A stretch of 64,000 nt of DNA from Nematocida ausubeli (taxonomy: Eukaryota). Positions 10,289 to 21,092 of the stretch are shown here, piece after piece. How positions within the stretch are numbered: position 1 is the stretch's first letter; each line of letters starts with the position of its first letter. The stretch is from NCBI RefSeq assembly GCF_000738915.1, contig NW_026515638.1, forward strand, positions 270,882 through 334,881. The letters run 5' to 3'. Made by a program: the position numbers and the translations under genes. The notes under the pieces are model-generated. The model saw only the letters and a list, made by a program, of their open reading frames with translations, did not search any database and was not told the origin of the DNA.

Positions 10289-11982
10289 TGATGCTAAAAA
10301 TAAAATTTTATTTTTATACCGTATTATTTCGGATCTTTTGATCTTTAAAGTATTTTAGGGCACTATATTCTAAAATATTAGCGCAAGCCTGAATTATTTG
10401 GCATATTGGCAAAGCTCTATATGTACCCCCGATATAACCCGAATTTCTGTAAAAATACATACATGAATATATGCTCTTTGCAGCTCTTCAAATGCAGAAG
10501 TATTAGCATGTGCAATTAAAATGTGGCCCAATATAACCCGAATGCGCACAAGCGATGTTATTGCATGCTTTTTTCCAGATAACTTGCTTCTTTGCATGTA
10601 CTCTTGCTACTATCTACTCATATGCTTGCGTTGCAAAGAAGTCATTTACAGTATAAAAAGACCTGCACTTTTATATATCCTATTCGGGTTATATTGTACA
10701 GAACCAGCGCACATATTTTTATTAAAATTCTTTCGCTTAGTATTATGATAATATAGCCCTGTCTACTGCTTTTCCTACTGTTATTACTGTAATATTCGCT
10801 TTGTTTTCATAGAATCCTGTTGCTCTGGCATATCCTGACCAGAATGTATCTGTATGGTCTAGAAATGAGTCCTTCTGTATATTTATGGGAATACCAAAGA
10901 AGCAGAAATATAGAACCCAAACTATTCTAGCAATACTCTAAGTATATGTATTCCTGCTGCAAATCTGCAATCAATAACTCTTTGTCTAGTGCATACTGCC
11001 TGATATTCTCTCCTTTTTTCATTCAAGATATAGCCTTTATATACACACTACTAAGAGTTGTCTGGTGGTATAGTAAAATTATATTTTGAAAAGCTAAATA
11101 AATATAGGAGATTTATTTGCACCAGGAAGTAGAAATATCTATATTCTTTATGTATGTAACACAGAAAATAATCAGTAAAGAAAGCATTTCGGGCTATATT
11201 TCTATGTGTTTGAATATGCCATCTCATGATGTGTTTTTTATCTTTATTGACTGGGCGCTTTCTTCTGCCATGCATTTGATTTTTACATTGTGCACCCTTC
11301 AATTATTTATGTGGTCTTTAAAAAGTGTCTGTTTTTTGATTTTCCTGGATCCTCTGTGTTTTCCTGAAAAAAACTAATTTTAAATCTCTTCAAAAAAACT
11401 TATTATATAGAAGAGTTTATTTATATAAATATTCTTAGTATAGAGAAAATATGCATATCTGAATACATTAAAATCCAGCTGAATTTAAGTATCATGCTCT
11501 AAAGGGGCTGTATTGTGCTGCTCAAATGACAGTAATTCCCAAATATTAGCTGGCGAAAAGTCCTCTTTATTGCTAGCTAGTGCATTTCGGGTTATTCTGG
11601 CATAAACGGTCATAAAAAGGTTTGGTACCACATATGAATACTGCGCGCACACTATACAATGAAAAGACATAATCTCAACTGTATATTTGTAAGGCTATAA
11701 GGTCTGCATATTGCGAATGCAGAGTGAAATATCTCTGGTATGAAATAAAGAAGAGAAGCAAGCCAGTTTTAGGCGAAAGCACTAATGAAATTATAGCATT
11801 GTTCTGTTTATTTTCATACTGTATTCAGTGCTTAGTATATAAGTAGCGTGCTAAGAATCATTCTATGGCTATCATGTGTACATTTAATATTACTCTTGAA
11901 TCTGGTGCATCTGCACAGTATTTTCGCACAGTTTCTCTCTCTTCTCTTCATACTCTGGCCATCCTGTTGCTTTGGCTTTTTT

Positions 11983-13380
11983 TTATTTTGTGAGTGCCCC
12001 AAACTCTCTATTCCACTCCTCGTAGAATATAAGCTCTTTTGTGGATACACTCTTTCGAATGTGCTTCATTGCTGAGAGAAAGTCATTCATATGGATTCCC
12101 CGCAGCGACTGCATGTTTTCCAGCTCAACAATTTCTCGCACAGGCTCCATTGCAGCTTCTCTGCATAGATTGTATATATCTGATCCAGAGTATCCTTCCA
12201 GAATTTGCGCGAGGTCTTCTATTTCGGCATCTGAAAGTGTGCAAATGTCCTTTGCTATTTTTTTAACCATTTCCTTGCGGCCTTCTTTATCAGGAAGCGG
12301 AACATAAAGGCGCTTGACAAATCTTCGTCTTGCGGCTTCATCTATTTCCTGCGGCCGGTTTGTGGCGCCTATCACCAGAACATTGTCCTTGCTCTGCTTT
12401 GCTCCATCCATCTGCACAAGAAACTCTGTCTTTATTCGCCTGGTGCTTTCATTTTCGCCTTCAGTTCGCTGCATAAGAAGAGAGTCGATCTCATCAATAA
12501 ATACAACAGAGGGTGCCATTTCAGTGGCCACAGAGAACAGAGCCCGTACCATCTTCTCGCCCTCACCAACCCACTTTGACGTAAGAGAAGATGCACTGAT
12601 TGAGAAGAATGTTGACTTTGACTGGCTGGCAATGCACTTTCCAATCATTGTCTTTCCTGTTCCAGGTGGACCAAAGAGAAGAAGTGCCTTGGGAGGGCCC
12701 CTCAGTCCCTTAAAAATATCTGGGCGTATAATGGGCCATACAACTATTTCCTTTATCGCTGTTTTTATGTGAGGAAGCCCTGCAATGTCTTCCCAATCAA
12801 CCTTGTCTCTAGGTGAAAGCACTTCATTTCTGATGATCTCCAGGAACTTCTTTTCAATGTTGGCTACCTTGTCCAGCGCATCCTCCTTTGTTTCTTCCTG
12901 CTTAGCTCGTTTTGGGAGGGTCTTGCTGATTTCTGGCGGAAGTAGGTCCTTTGCTGTCGAAAAGGGAGAGTTCTCCACTGGAACGCTAGAAATTGTGCTA
13001 GGGACAGCCCCTGTTTCTGCTGGCTTCTTTCCTCTATTCAGAAAACAGTTTGCACACTTTGTTGTTTGTGCAGACGGCATGGCAAGTGGCTTTTTTGCTG
13101 TGGCAGATGCACCTGCATTTCTTAGGTTGAGATTGACCTCAAAGGTGTGCACAAGATCCTCCACCTCGCTTATAGTCAGAATGGGCGGTGCTTCATCATA
13201 ATCATGTATAAACGGAATGTTCTCTGGATGCTGCACCAGCTCGTCTAAGAAAAATGCATAGTCTTTCTGGAGACTTTTCCTCTCTTTTTCAGAGCTCTCT
13301 CTTTTCCGGTGGTACGGAGACTCGTATTCTGCCCCCAAGGCCTTCAAGAGTCTTTGGTGTGTAAAGAAGTTGTTCTGCAT
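11983..13380 (-). CDS. FIGNL1: Fidgetin-like 1 AAA ATPase (spastin/fidgetin group)
   Basis: [64 protein letters not shown] and C-terminal YEEWNREFG. Confidence 0.88.
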   Translation of the reverse strand: MQNNFFTHQRLLKALGAEYESPYHRKRESSEKERKSLQKDYAFFLDELVQHPENIPFIHDYDEAPPILTISEVEDLVHTFEVNLNLRNAGASATAKKPLAMPSAQTTKCANCFLNRGKKPAETGAVPSTISSVPVENSPFSTAKDLLPPEISKTLPKRAKQEETKEDALDKVANIEKKFLEIIRNEVLSPRDKVDWEDIAGLPHIKTAIKEIVVWPIIRPDIFKGLRGPPKALLLFGPPGTGKTMIGKCIASQSKSTFFSISASSLTSKWVGEGEKMVRALFSVATEMAPSVVFIDEIDSLLMQRTEGENESTRRIKTEFLVQMDGAKQSKDNVLVIGATNRPQEIDEAARRRFVKRLYVPLPDKEGRKEMVKKIAKDICTLSDAEIEDLAQILEGYSGSDIYNLCREAAMEPVREIVELENMQSLRGIHMNDFLSAMKHIRKSVSTKELIFYEEWNREFGALTK

Positions 13381-13395
13381 TAAATTTTTAGAAAT

Positions 13396-14073
13396 ATGCG
13401 AGAATATAACAAAGGTGCGCCAAAAGAATTAACAGAGTACAGTAAAAAAGAGGCACTTAGCAGGTATTCAGTTATATGGAACCAGCTGTACCGCATTTTA
13501 AGTGCAGAGGATTCAATTGATCGCGTGAAAGAGAAGCTTAAGGGGCTGAAAGACACAGAAATAGTTCTAAGTGCGCATATACGTGCAGAGAATGCAGAAG
13601 AAAATGAAAAGGAAAATGAGAAGGGAAATGACTCTTTTATAGGGCTTGGTGATCTCACCATGGACAGTCTGCTTACTATTCCATCCGAGGACATTCCACA
13701 AGAAGAAAATCTACCTGCACACGGGAAAGGTGCATCCACCAGAGTGTCCCAGCATATTCCGGAGAAGTCTTCAAGAAAGCGCATGGATAAACTTGTAGTT
13801 GATGACAGCGAGAGTGAGTCGCACTCAAATGAAACAGACGAGGAGGACAGCGAGTATGCAATATCTTATGACGAACTAAGCGACGAGTGCAGTGAAGTAT
13901 CCAGCAGGCACAGTGAGCAGGATAATGAATTTAGAGCTGCACATCTAGTTATAGAGCCACCTCAAGAAAGTGCAGTAGAAGATGAGCTTTCAGAGGACGT
14001 GATTAAAATGCGCTTCAACCCGGATGGAGTTAAGCGCGTTAGAACAAACAATAGATTTGGCAATATGTATTAG
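13396..14073 (+). CDS. Hypothetical acidic protein, 225 aa
   Basis: ATG-initiated ORF with coding-like purine-rich composition, divergent from FIGNL1. Confidence 0.75.
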   Translation: MREYNKGAPKELTEYSKKEALSRYSVIWNQLYRILSAEDSIDRVKEKLKGLKDTEIVLSAHIRAENAEENEKENEKGNDSFIGLGDLTMDSLLTIPSEDIPQEENLPAHGKGASTRVSQHIPEKSSRKRMDKLVVDDSESESHSNETDEEDSEYAISYDELSDECSEVSSRHSEQDNEFRAAHLVIEPPQESAVEDELSEDVIKMRFNPDGVKRVRTNNRFGNMY

Positions 14074-15214
14074 TCTTGCAATAAGAGATTTGGCACAAGA
14101 AATTTGCACTTAAGTTGATACACCCAAAAATTAAAGCATACTCCTAGTGTATATACATTTTATTAACCTAGCTGAATTAGAGTGCAGTTATTTTAAGCAG
14201 AGTGCTCTGCAGAATTGCATAGCAGGAATATTTTTTCTTTAAATAAATAGTTATTAATGTATAGTACATTTACCACAGTATAGCATACTAAGACAGCTTT
14301 ATAGCTTTTTCTGGGAATGCCTTTAGAAAACAATGTGTGAATATTCCTGTAACATCCCAAAATAATTGCTATAATAGAGTGTATAGTGACATACTGTATA
14401 TTGTTATATAAATAGCTAACTTAATATTAAATATCAGCTTACCAGATTATATCCAATATATATAGAGTATTCTGTGGATTGTGATAGCACTAAGTGCACG
14501 TGCACTTCTCCAGCTTATTCGCATTTAGATTTATTTAGCAAAGATCCTTTTGCATGTGCGGGTGTATATATTTGATTACTTGCTTAAATTTATTCATATT
14601 CTTGGATACAGTTTTAACATATGTCTTAAAATTGCAGTTTGCATCCTGTGCATTAAATATCTGCTGTGTTGTTTTGTGTAGATTGTTCTAATATGTATTT
14701 ATGTGTTTCCTTTTGTTTGCATGCGTTTTCTATTGGAATTGAAAAATTAAAGTCTCCATGCAAGGATATATCTATGAACACATCTGTATTTTCAATTTTT
14801 AAGGAAAGCAAACGAAAATAAAGAAATCTGATAAAACCAAAAACCATCCCATTTGTATGCAAGAGAAGAAGTAAGAAACACATATGATACAACCCGAATT
14901 ATACTTTAAAACAAGATACCAGCTCTCTCATGAAGAAAGCATTTTATGAACTTGTAGCAAGCATCAGAAGAAAAAGCTGGGCCATTATGGAAAACCAACA
15001 GTTCATGTATTTTAATGAATTCTAAAGTAGAAAGGGTACGTGCAAAGATAGATATAGACCTTTATTCTTGTATGATCTAATAAATAATAGTGCATGTCTC
15101 TGCTATAAATTATTCACTTCCTGGAGAGTAGATAGTTCTACATTGCACTTAGATTCATGTGCATGCACTCGTATAATTCAGACTCAGCCTAGCCTGAATA
15201 GAAAAGACATTCAT

Positions 15215-18200
15215 TTACAGATCGTATATGGAAAGTTGCACAATCCTTGGGGTCCCAATAGTATCTCTTTCCAGCCTATAGAAGTATTCTGTGCATTCCG
15301 TTGAAAGAAGCTCTCGGACAAAGTCTTCATCATGCGTGATTACAAGCAGCTGAAAGTTTCCCTCTGCCTTTCTGGCTTGAATAATTGAGGAAAGTGCCTT
15401 TGCTAGGCCTGCAATATTCTCCTTGTCCAAGTTAGTTGTGGGCTCATCAAGAGTTAGAAATCCGCAGTTCACACTAAATGCTTCTGCCAACGCAAGGCGT
15501 ATAACTATCGATGCTATAACCTTCTGTCCCGCACTAACTCTCCCGCGCATGTCGATTTCAATTCCATTTTTAACCATAACCAAGCTGTATGTCTTATCCA
15601 TGTGCGAAATAATCTTTATCTCATCAATATCTGTGCCTTTGTACGCTATGCACCAGATTTCCTTAATGATCGCATTGACCTCTGCAAGTTTCTCCGCATG
15701 GTACCTGACAATTGCAGCTTGCACGCTCTGAATGTACTTCTCCAAGTCAGAAATACTCTCCTTCAAGACCTTTATCATGATGAATGCAGATAACTCATCA
15801 GACTCTGCAGATTCATGCACTTTTATATCTGCTTCATCCTCTTCCTTCTGCTTCTCCAAGTTATACACTTCACCAGCGCACTCTGAAATAGTCTTCTGTT
15901 CTTTCATTAGACTGCATTCAATTCTTTGAATTTCTTCCTGGAGACAGTCAAGTGTTCCTTGAGTGGCAGTGCATTCCTTTATTTTCTCCATAAGAATTGC
16001 TGCCCGGATAGAGTCCTTAATAAGCTGCTTATGCGCCTGCATCTCCAGCACAGCTGCAAGCTTATTGTTAACCAAGGCCTTTTTCTGCTCAATCTCATGC
16101 AATTTCTCTCTAAGTGCATCTTCTGCTGCACAGTGCTCTTCTGTGTATACTTTCCTGGCAAGAACGTCAATCCGCGCAAATATCTCGCAGAGTCTTTCCT
16201 TTAATGAGGTCATTTCCACTAGATTATTGCTGGGTATCTTAATTGCCTGCAAGGTATCCTTTGCCTTATAATAAATTCTTTCATGCCGTGTTATTTCTGC
16301 AAGCATTTCTGTCTTTTCCTGCAATATGGCTTCTGTCTTTTTTCTTTCTTCCTCCAAGGATGCACTTTCCTTCTCCAATGAGACTGCCTCCTTCCTGTAC
16401 TTATTCCTTTGCTCAAGTGTTTTTTCAATGTTCTTTATTCTATCGCGGGATGCCTTCTTTCTTTCTTCTAAGTCATTATAATACTCCTGCTCCTTCTGCT
16501 CCAATTTCTCAATCTCTTGCAAGTCATCCATCTTCTGCTTGTGCATCTGGCTGATTGCATTGTAGCACTCATTCACTAAGCATATTCCTGCTGCCCGCTC
16601 CTTAAGTGACTCTATCTCCTGGTACTTGCCTCTTATGTTCTTTATCGCAGACATATTCTTATTAAAAGTATCCAGTAATGCAAGAGACTCTTCCACTCTT
16701 CTCGCTTCATCAACTTCACTCTGACCAGATCGATCTACCTGGTGAACCAGAAGTGCAGACAGTTCATTTATAAGTGATTTTAAGACTACTTCTTTCTGGC
16801 TGGTGTTTCTTCTTTCCCTTTCAATTTCCATTTCTTCCTGGATTTCTGCCTTTTTTGCCTTTATGCACTCCAAGATATTCTTAATCTTCTGGATGTGGCC
16901 CTTTGAAACACCCGTGCTAATAAATGACTTGCAGAAGGGGCACCCTTCGTTTGCACGACTCAAGAACTCTTCGTATATCTTCTCAGAGGCAGAAATACTC
17001 CCCCATGCCTCAATTACATCAGACAGTCCATCCTCCATCTCCGCCTGTAGGTTCACTTTAAAGCCTTCCTTGATCCTTTGCAGCAATTCCAGCTTAGTAA
17101 GAGGCACCTGATCTACTACTAGTTCTCCTGATATATTCTCTAATATATCCTGTACTTTCTGGATTCTCTTCTGATCTATCATCTTGTATGCTATTTCCTT
17201 TGCATCCTCCAGAATCTTCTTCTGCATATTCTTCTGATGGCTCTGCTGCATCTCCTTTATCTTTCCATCTAATGTGCATATTCTTTGGTGGAGTGCATCT
17301 TCTTGTTCCATAATATCCTGCAAGGACATTCCTCTCTTTATATCCGATGGGAATGCAATGTACTCCAGCTCCTTCTCTTTCCTGGCTATTTCTTCCTGCA
17401 AGAACTCTTTTTCCTTTCTTTTCTCAGTTTCCTTCAAAGATGCATCTAGCTTTCTCTGTATTTCTTCAATCTCCATGAATATTACATCTTTGTTGTACTC
17501 CTTCTTAGTGTACACTCTATTCAGGATATCCTCATTCTCTTGTATCTCCATGATAAATGATGTGTCTGCCTCTGCCAAATCTACATCCATAATATTCCGT
17601 ATCTCAGATACTCTGTTCTGTATATTTCTGTATTTCTCCTTATGCACACCTATCTCTTCAGTTATTAGCCTAACAGAAGACTCTTTCCTCTGCAGCCTCT
17701 GATCAAGTATCTTGTCAATCTGGCAAATCCATCCCTTTACGCCTTCTAGGCACCCCATTTCATCATCAACTAATGCCTCTACCTCCAAGGGTGTGCCTAC
17801 TAATGCGCATGTTTCTGTGATATTTCTATCCCGCTGGAGTACTCCATCCACTTGTCTCATAATTGCATCCAATACACCATCGCACGCCCTGTCCTGTAAT
17901 TTGCCTATTTCATCTATTACTTCAGCTAGCACACTGCATACTCTATGCAGGTGCGCCCTGGATGCATTCACTTTCTCCAGGATGCTCTGTGTGTTTTTTA
18001 TTTTCTCTTGTAAGAGACCATCCACTTCTATCTTGCTCTGTGAGACAACCACTTTAAGCTCTTCAAATTTACGGATGCTCAAAAGTACTCTATCTTCATC
18101 TACCCGCAAAACACTTTCTTCATGGGCCAATTCATCTGCATCCCATGTGCATTCTGTGCGTTTTAATTGCGCCTCCAAGTCATTTACACTTCCAGGAAGT

Positions 18201-19051
18201 AATTCCTTAGTGGACAGCCCAGCTAGCTCAGACTCTGCTTTCTCCTTCTGCCGCACCCACAGAAGCGCCTGGTCGTATTTCACTTGTGCCTCCTTTAAGG
18301 AATTCTGTGCCTGTTTCATGCGCTCACTTCCCAGAAGCGACATATTCCTGACTAGCTTCAGCCTATCCACAATACGCTCTATCCTTTGCTGTATAACGTG
18401 CTTATGCTGTGTCTTTTGCTGCAGTCCTTCATATTTGCACTCTAATATTTTCAGGTCACCTGACTTCTCCTTCTTAAGGGAGACAAGTGCATCAATTGCC
18501 TTAACAAACCTGCTGGATGAAAATATTCCATCTATCTTCTTCTTCACAGCAGATGGATCGCTGAATGGCCATGCAGACTCTTCTTGGTGCACAAATATGA
18601 CATTCTCCAAAACTGGCCCTGTTGTGCCCATAAGTATAGGCACCTCCAGATCCACTTCTGATAATTTATTGCATATCATTCTTTTCCCGGTTCTCTCCAC
18701 CTTCCAAAGCACGCTCTCAGTTGTTTTTGTTTCTCTCTTAATTTTACCAAGTGTCTGTGATAGTCCGCGCACCACAATATACTCATCCCCAGCACAAGAC
18801 GTAAACTTCATCATAATCTGGGCCTTTGTTTCCCTCTCTTGCGAGATCCTTGGGTCGTGCACGAACGCGCCGTTTCTGGCGTTAGGAGGCAAGCCTCCTG
18901 TTGTTGCGTACTTTAGGGCCTCTACAATTGTAGTTTTACCAGTGCCGTTGTGCCCTACAATTAGTGTCAAGGGCGCATGCATCTCCAAGGCAGCAGGCTG
19001 TTCCTGAGTGAATGCCCGTATACCAAATAACTTCAGCTTCTTAATGCTCAT
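15215..19051 (-). CDS. RAD50: DNA repair protein RAD50
   Basis: Starts MSIKKLKLFGIRAF. Walker A GHNGTGKTT, IFVHQEE, long coiled coils, zinc hook CPFC, signature MRGRVSAGQK, LDEPTTNLD, VITHDE. Confidence 0.96.
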   Translation of the reverse strand: MSIKKLKLFGIRAFTQEQPAALEMHAPLTLIVGHNGTGKTTIVEALKYATTGGLPPNARNGAFVHDPRISQERETKAQIMMKFTSCAGDEYIVVRGLSQTLGKIKRETKTTESVLWKVERTGKRMICNKLSEVDLEVPILMGTTGPVLENVIFVHQEESAWPFSDPSAVKKKIDGIFSSSRFVKAIDALVSLKKEKSGDLKILECKYEGLQQKTQHKHVIQQRIERIVDRLKLVRNMSLLGSERMKQAQNSLKEAQVKYDQALLWVRQKEKAESELAGLSTKELLPGSVNDLEAQLKRTECTWDADELAHEESVLRVDEDRVLLSIRKFEELKVVVSQSKIEVDGLLQEKIKNTQSILEKVNASRAHLHRVCSVLAEVIDEIGKLQDRACDGVLDAIMRQVDGVLQRDRNITETCALVGTPLEVEALVDDEMGCLEGVKGWICQIDKILDQRLQRKESSVRLITEEIGVHKEKYRNIQNRVSEIRNIMDVDLAEADTSFIMEIQENEDILNRVYTKKEYNKDVIFMEIEEIQRKLDASLKETEKRKEKEFLQEEIARKEKELEYIAFPSDIKRGMSLQDIMEQEDALHQRICTLDGKIKEMQQSHQKNMQKKILEDAKEIAYKMIDQKRIQKVQDILENISGELVVDQVPLTKLELLQRIKEGFKVNLQAEMEDGLSDVIEAWGSISASEKIYEEFLSRANEGCPFCKSFISTGVSKGHIQKIKNILECIKAKKAEIQEEMEIERERRNTSQKEVVLKSLINELSALLVHQVDRSGQSEVDEARRVEESLALLDTFNKNMSAIKNIRGKYQEIESLKERAAGICLVNECYNAISQMHKQKMDDLQEIEKLEQKEQEYYNDLEERKKASRDRIKNIEKTLEQRNKYRKEAVSLEKESASLEEERKKTEAILQEKTEMLAEITRHERIYYKAKDTLQAIKIPSNNLVEMTSLKERLCEIFARIDVLARKVYTEEHCAAEDALREKLHEIEQKKALVNNKLAAVLEMQAHKQLIKDSIRAAILMEKIKECTATQGTLDCLQEEIQRIECSLMKEQKTISECAGEVYNLEKQKEEDEADIKVHESAESDELSAFIMIKVLKESISDLEKYIQSVQAAIVRYHAEKLAEVNAIIKEIWCIAYKGTDIDEIKIISHMDKTYSLVMVKNGIEIDMRGRVSAGQKVIASIVIRLALAEAFSVNCGFLTLDEPTTNLDKENIAGLAKALSSIIQARKAEGNFQLLVITHDEDFVRELLSTECTEYFYRLERDTIGTPRIVQLSIYDL

Positions 19052-19076
19052 AAATAAAGTTTGCAAATACGAGGGT

Positions 19077-19940
19077 TTATTTCAGAAAGTAAGGATGTTG
19101 CAATAATCGCACAGCAGAAGGCCTATCCACAGGATTATACACCAATATATCAGTGACTAACTGATTCTGCTGCGGATCTGTTATTTTTATAGCACTTTTA
19201 TTCCAGACAGGAAACTCCACCTGGAAGTTCTTCAAGGTGGTGACTCCTTGCCAGACTGTTTCGTTGGGGGTGCCCAGAGCCTGGAATATCTTGTATATCT
19301 GGTCTATCTCTGAGTCTCCCGGGAAGAGGGGCTTCAATTCAATTAATTCGTAAATTATGCAGCCCAAAGACCAGACGTCAATTGCTGTGGAATAATTGCG
19401 GGCCCCCAGAAGCAGTTCTGGTGCCCTGTACCACAGTGTGACTACCTCATGGGTGAGGGTGTGCAAAGGAATGCCTACGCTTCTGCCCAGCCCAAAGTCA
19501 GCCAGCTTCAGCTGGTTATCTTTCGTGATGAGGATATTCTGGGGCTTTAAGTCTCTGTGCAGGATTCCAATGGAGTGGCAGTAAGAAAGAGCAGATGTCA
19601 GCTGGAAGGCGAACGCTTTCACATTCTCCGGGGAGAGTGATCTTTTTTCGATTCTTAGAGTGTCCAGGAATTTCTTCAAGTCAGTTTCAGCGTATTCGAA
19701 GACGAGGTAGAGTTTATTCTCCGTGTACACGACTTGGTGCAAGGCAATGATGTTTTTGTGCTTTATGTCTTTGAGAAGGGATATTTCACGGATTGTGGTG
19801 GCAGGGACACCCTCTCTGTCATCTGTTAGTCTGACCTTTTTTAAGGCTATGATTCTGCCTGTTGTTTTTTCCTTTGCTTTGTAGACGACACCGTAAGTGC
19901 CTTCGCCGATTTTCTGGATCTTTTGGAAAGTTTCTGTCAT
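19077..19940 (-). CDS. CDK1: Cyclin-dependent kinase (CDK1/Cdc28-like), PSTAIRE variant PATTIRE
   Basis: IGEGTYGVVYKA, VPATTIREISLL, HRDLKPQN, DFG, THEVVTLWYRAPE, GDSEIDQ. ATG at 19940 is preceded by CCC. Confidence 0.9.
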   Translation of the reverse strand: MTETFQKIQKIGEGTYGVVYKAKEKTTGRIIALKKVRLTDDREGVPATTIREISLLKDIKHKNIIALHQVVYTENKLYLVFEYAETDLKKFLDTLRIEKRSLSPENVKAFAFQLTSALSYCHSIGILHRDLKPQNILITKDNQLKLADFGLGRSVGIPLHTLTHEVVTLWYRAPELLLGARNYSTAIDVWSLGCIIYELIELKPLFPGDSEIDQIYKIFQALGTPNETVWQGVTTLKNFQVEFPVWNKSAIKITDPQQNQLVTDILVYNPVDRPSAVRLLQHPYFLK

Positions 19941-19972
19941 GGGCAAATAATTTTGAGGCAATAAAAAAAGAA

Positions 19973-20046
19973 CGCTTCCAGTCGGATTCGAACCAACGAC
20001 CTTTCGGTTAACAGCCGAACGCGATAACCAACTACGCCATGGAAGC
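19973..20046 (-). tRNA. tRNA-Asn (GTT)
   Basis: GCTTCCA/TGGAAGC acceptor stem, D arm GCGTAGTTGGTTATCGC, anticodon arm TTCGG-CTGTTAA-CCGAA, T loop GTTCGAATC, followed by an oligo-T terminator. Confidence 0.96.
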
Positions 20047-20229
20047 CCCAGAAATGGATGGGGCTGGTTGCTTCTGTGGGGGGTCTATTCCACTTTGGCA
20101 AGGCCTAACTCTTTCTACAAACAGCAAAAGACGTAATGTGCTATATAAACAATTTATTCGTATTTCACAATACCCTGAACAAGGCCTCGTCCACTTTATA
20201 TTAATAAATGAAAAGACTTTTCCACTTGG

Positions 20230-20470
20230 TGCAAGACTTTTTACACAACGTATACTAAGTCTTGTCATAAATTGCAAAACTTTTTACATAATGTACTATA
20301 AGTAATGGCAAATATTGCAAGATTTTTTACACATAGTGTATTAAGTTGTGCACCATAAACACAACCGATTACAACAAAATTTACACCAAAACATTCTACA
20401 CCGTATGTAATAAGTCCTCGCAATTTACCCAGAACTTTCTACACGTACCGTAGTATATTCTGGCATATTT
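20230..20470 (+). repeat. Degenerate ~43-bp tandem array of imperfect palindromes, left of RPL25
   Basis: Units start at 20230, 20273 and 20316 (exact 43-bp period), with two weaker units near 20385 and 20428. Consensus TGCAAGACTT-tTACAC-N11-AAGTCTTG. Confidence 0.8.
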
Positions 20471-20489
20471 TTATTTTTTCTTTTTTTCA

Positions 20490-20495
20490 CCCCCC
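20490..20495 (+). promoter_or_regulatory. Microsporidian CCC-like motif immediately upstream of ATG
   Basis: CCCCCC-ATG after a T-rich tract. The same motif precedes CDK1, the LGF1-like gene (28259), the SDR, RPS14, NSR1 and NF-YB. Confidence 0.7.
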
Positions 20496-20855
20496 ATGAA
20501 GCAACAGTACAAGGACTCCATAAAACTGTCTCAGAACGAGCTCAAAACACCAAAGAATCCAACACCAGAAGAAAGGATGAAGGAAATAAACAAAAGAACA
20601 CCCCAAGATATAATAAAGTACGCACCAAAGACAGAAAAGGCAATGCGCTTAATGGAAAAACAGAACACGATAATATTCGTCTGTGACTTAACTGCAAATA
20701 AGACAGAAATTAAAAAAGCCATTGAGATGCTATACGCTGTGAAGCCAAAGAAGGTGAACACTGCGATCACATTCAAGGGGGAGAAGAGGGCATATGCTAT
20801 ATTCCCAAAGACCCACAGTGCTATAGAGATAGCTAGTGCGGCTGATATCATTTAA
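20496..20855 (+). CDS. RPL25: 60S ribosomal protein L23a/L25 (uL23)
   Basis: IIKYAPKTEKAMRLMEKQNTIIFVCDLTANKTEIKKAIEMLY...KVNT...GEKRAY matches uL23. Confidence 0.93.
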   Translation: MKQQYKDSIKLSQNELKTPKNPTPEERMKEINKRTPQDIIKYAPKTEKAMRLMEKQNTIIFVCDLTANKTEIKKAIEMLYAVKPKKVNTAITFKGEKRAYAIFPKTHSAIEIASAADII

Positions 20856-20860
20856 TAAAT

Positions 20861-21092
20861 ATGACAGGATTTATGGTATATAGTGTAATATATTTTGAAA
20901 ATTGTGATAGGACTTATGGACAGTGTGGACTAAGTAATGGATTTGTGTTGTATTTGGTCAGAATATGCAAGACTTACGGACGGTATGGATTAAGTCTTGG
21001 TATAAATGACAGGACTTTTTGTGCATGGTGTAAAAAGTTATGGAGAGAAATAAGTCTTGCACAATTTATAATGATGTGGCATAAGTCATGAC
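20861..21092 (-). repeat. Degenerate ~42-43-bp array right of RPL25, inverted relative to the left array
   Basis: Units start at 20862, 20905, 20966 and 21007. The unit at 21007 (tgacaggactttttgtgcatggtgtaaaaagttatgga) resembles the reverse complement of the unit at 20230. Confidence 0.75.

Noticed and set aside
17712..19007. Long antisense ORFs (431 aa here; also 3570-4631, 1305-1913 and 24898-25674)
   Set aside because: These are in-register antisense shadows of real genes with no recognisable motifs.
20230..21092. CRISPR array interpretation of the repeat-spacer-like pattern
   Set aside because: The context is eukaryotic with no cas genes. The repeats are degenerate, and the 16-17 nt 'spacers' are too short and resemble each other.
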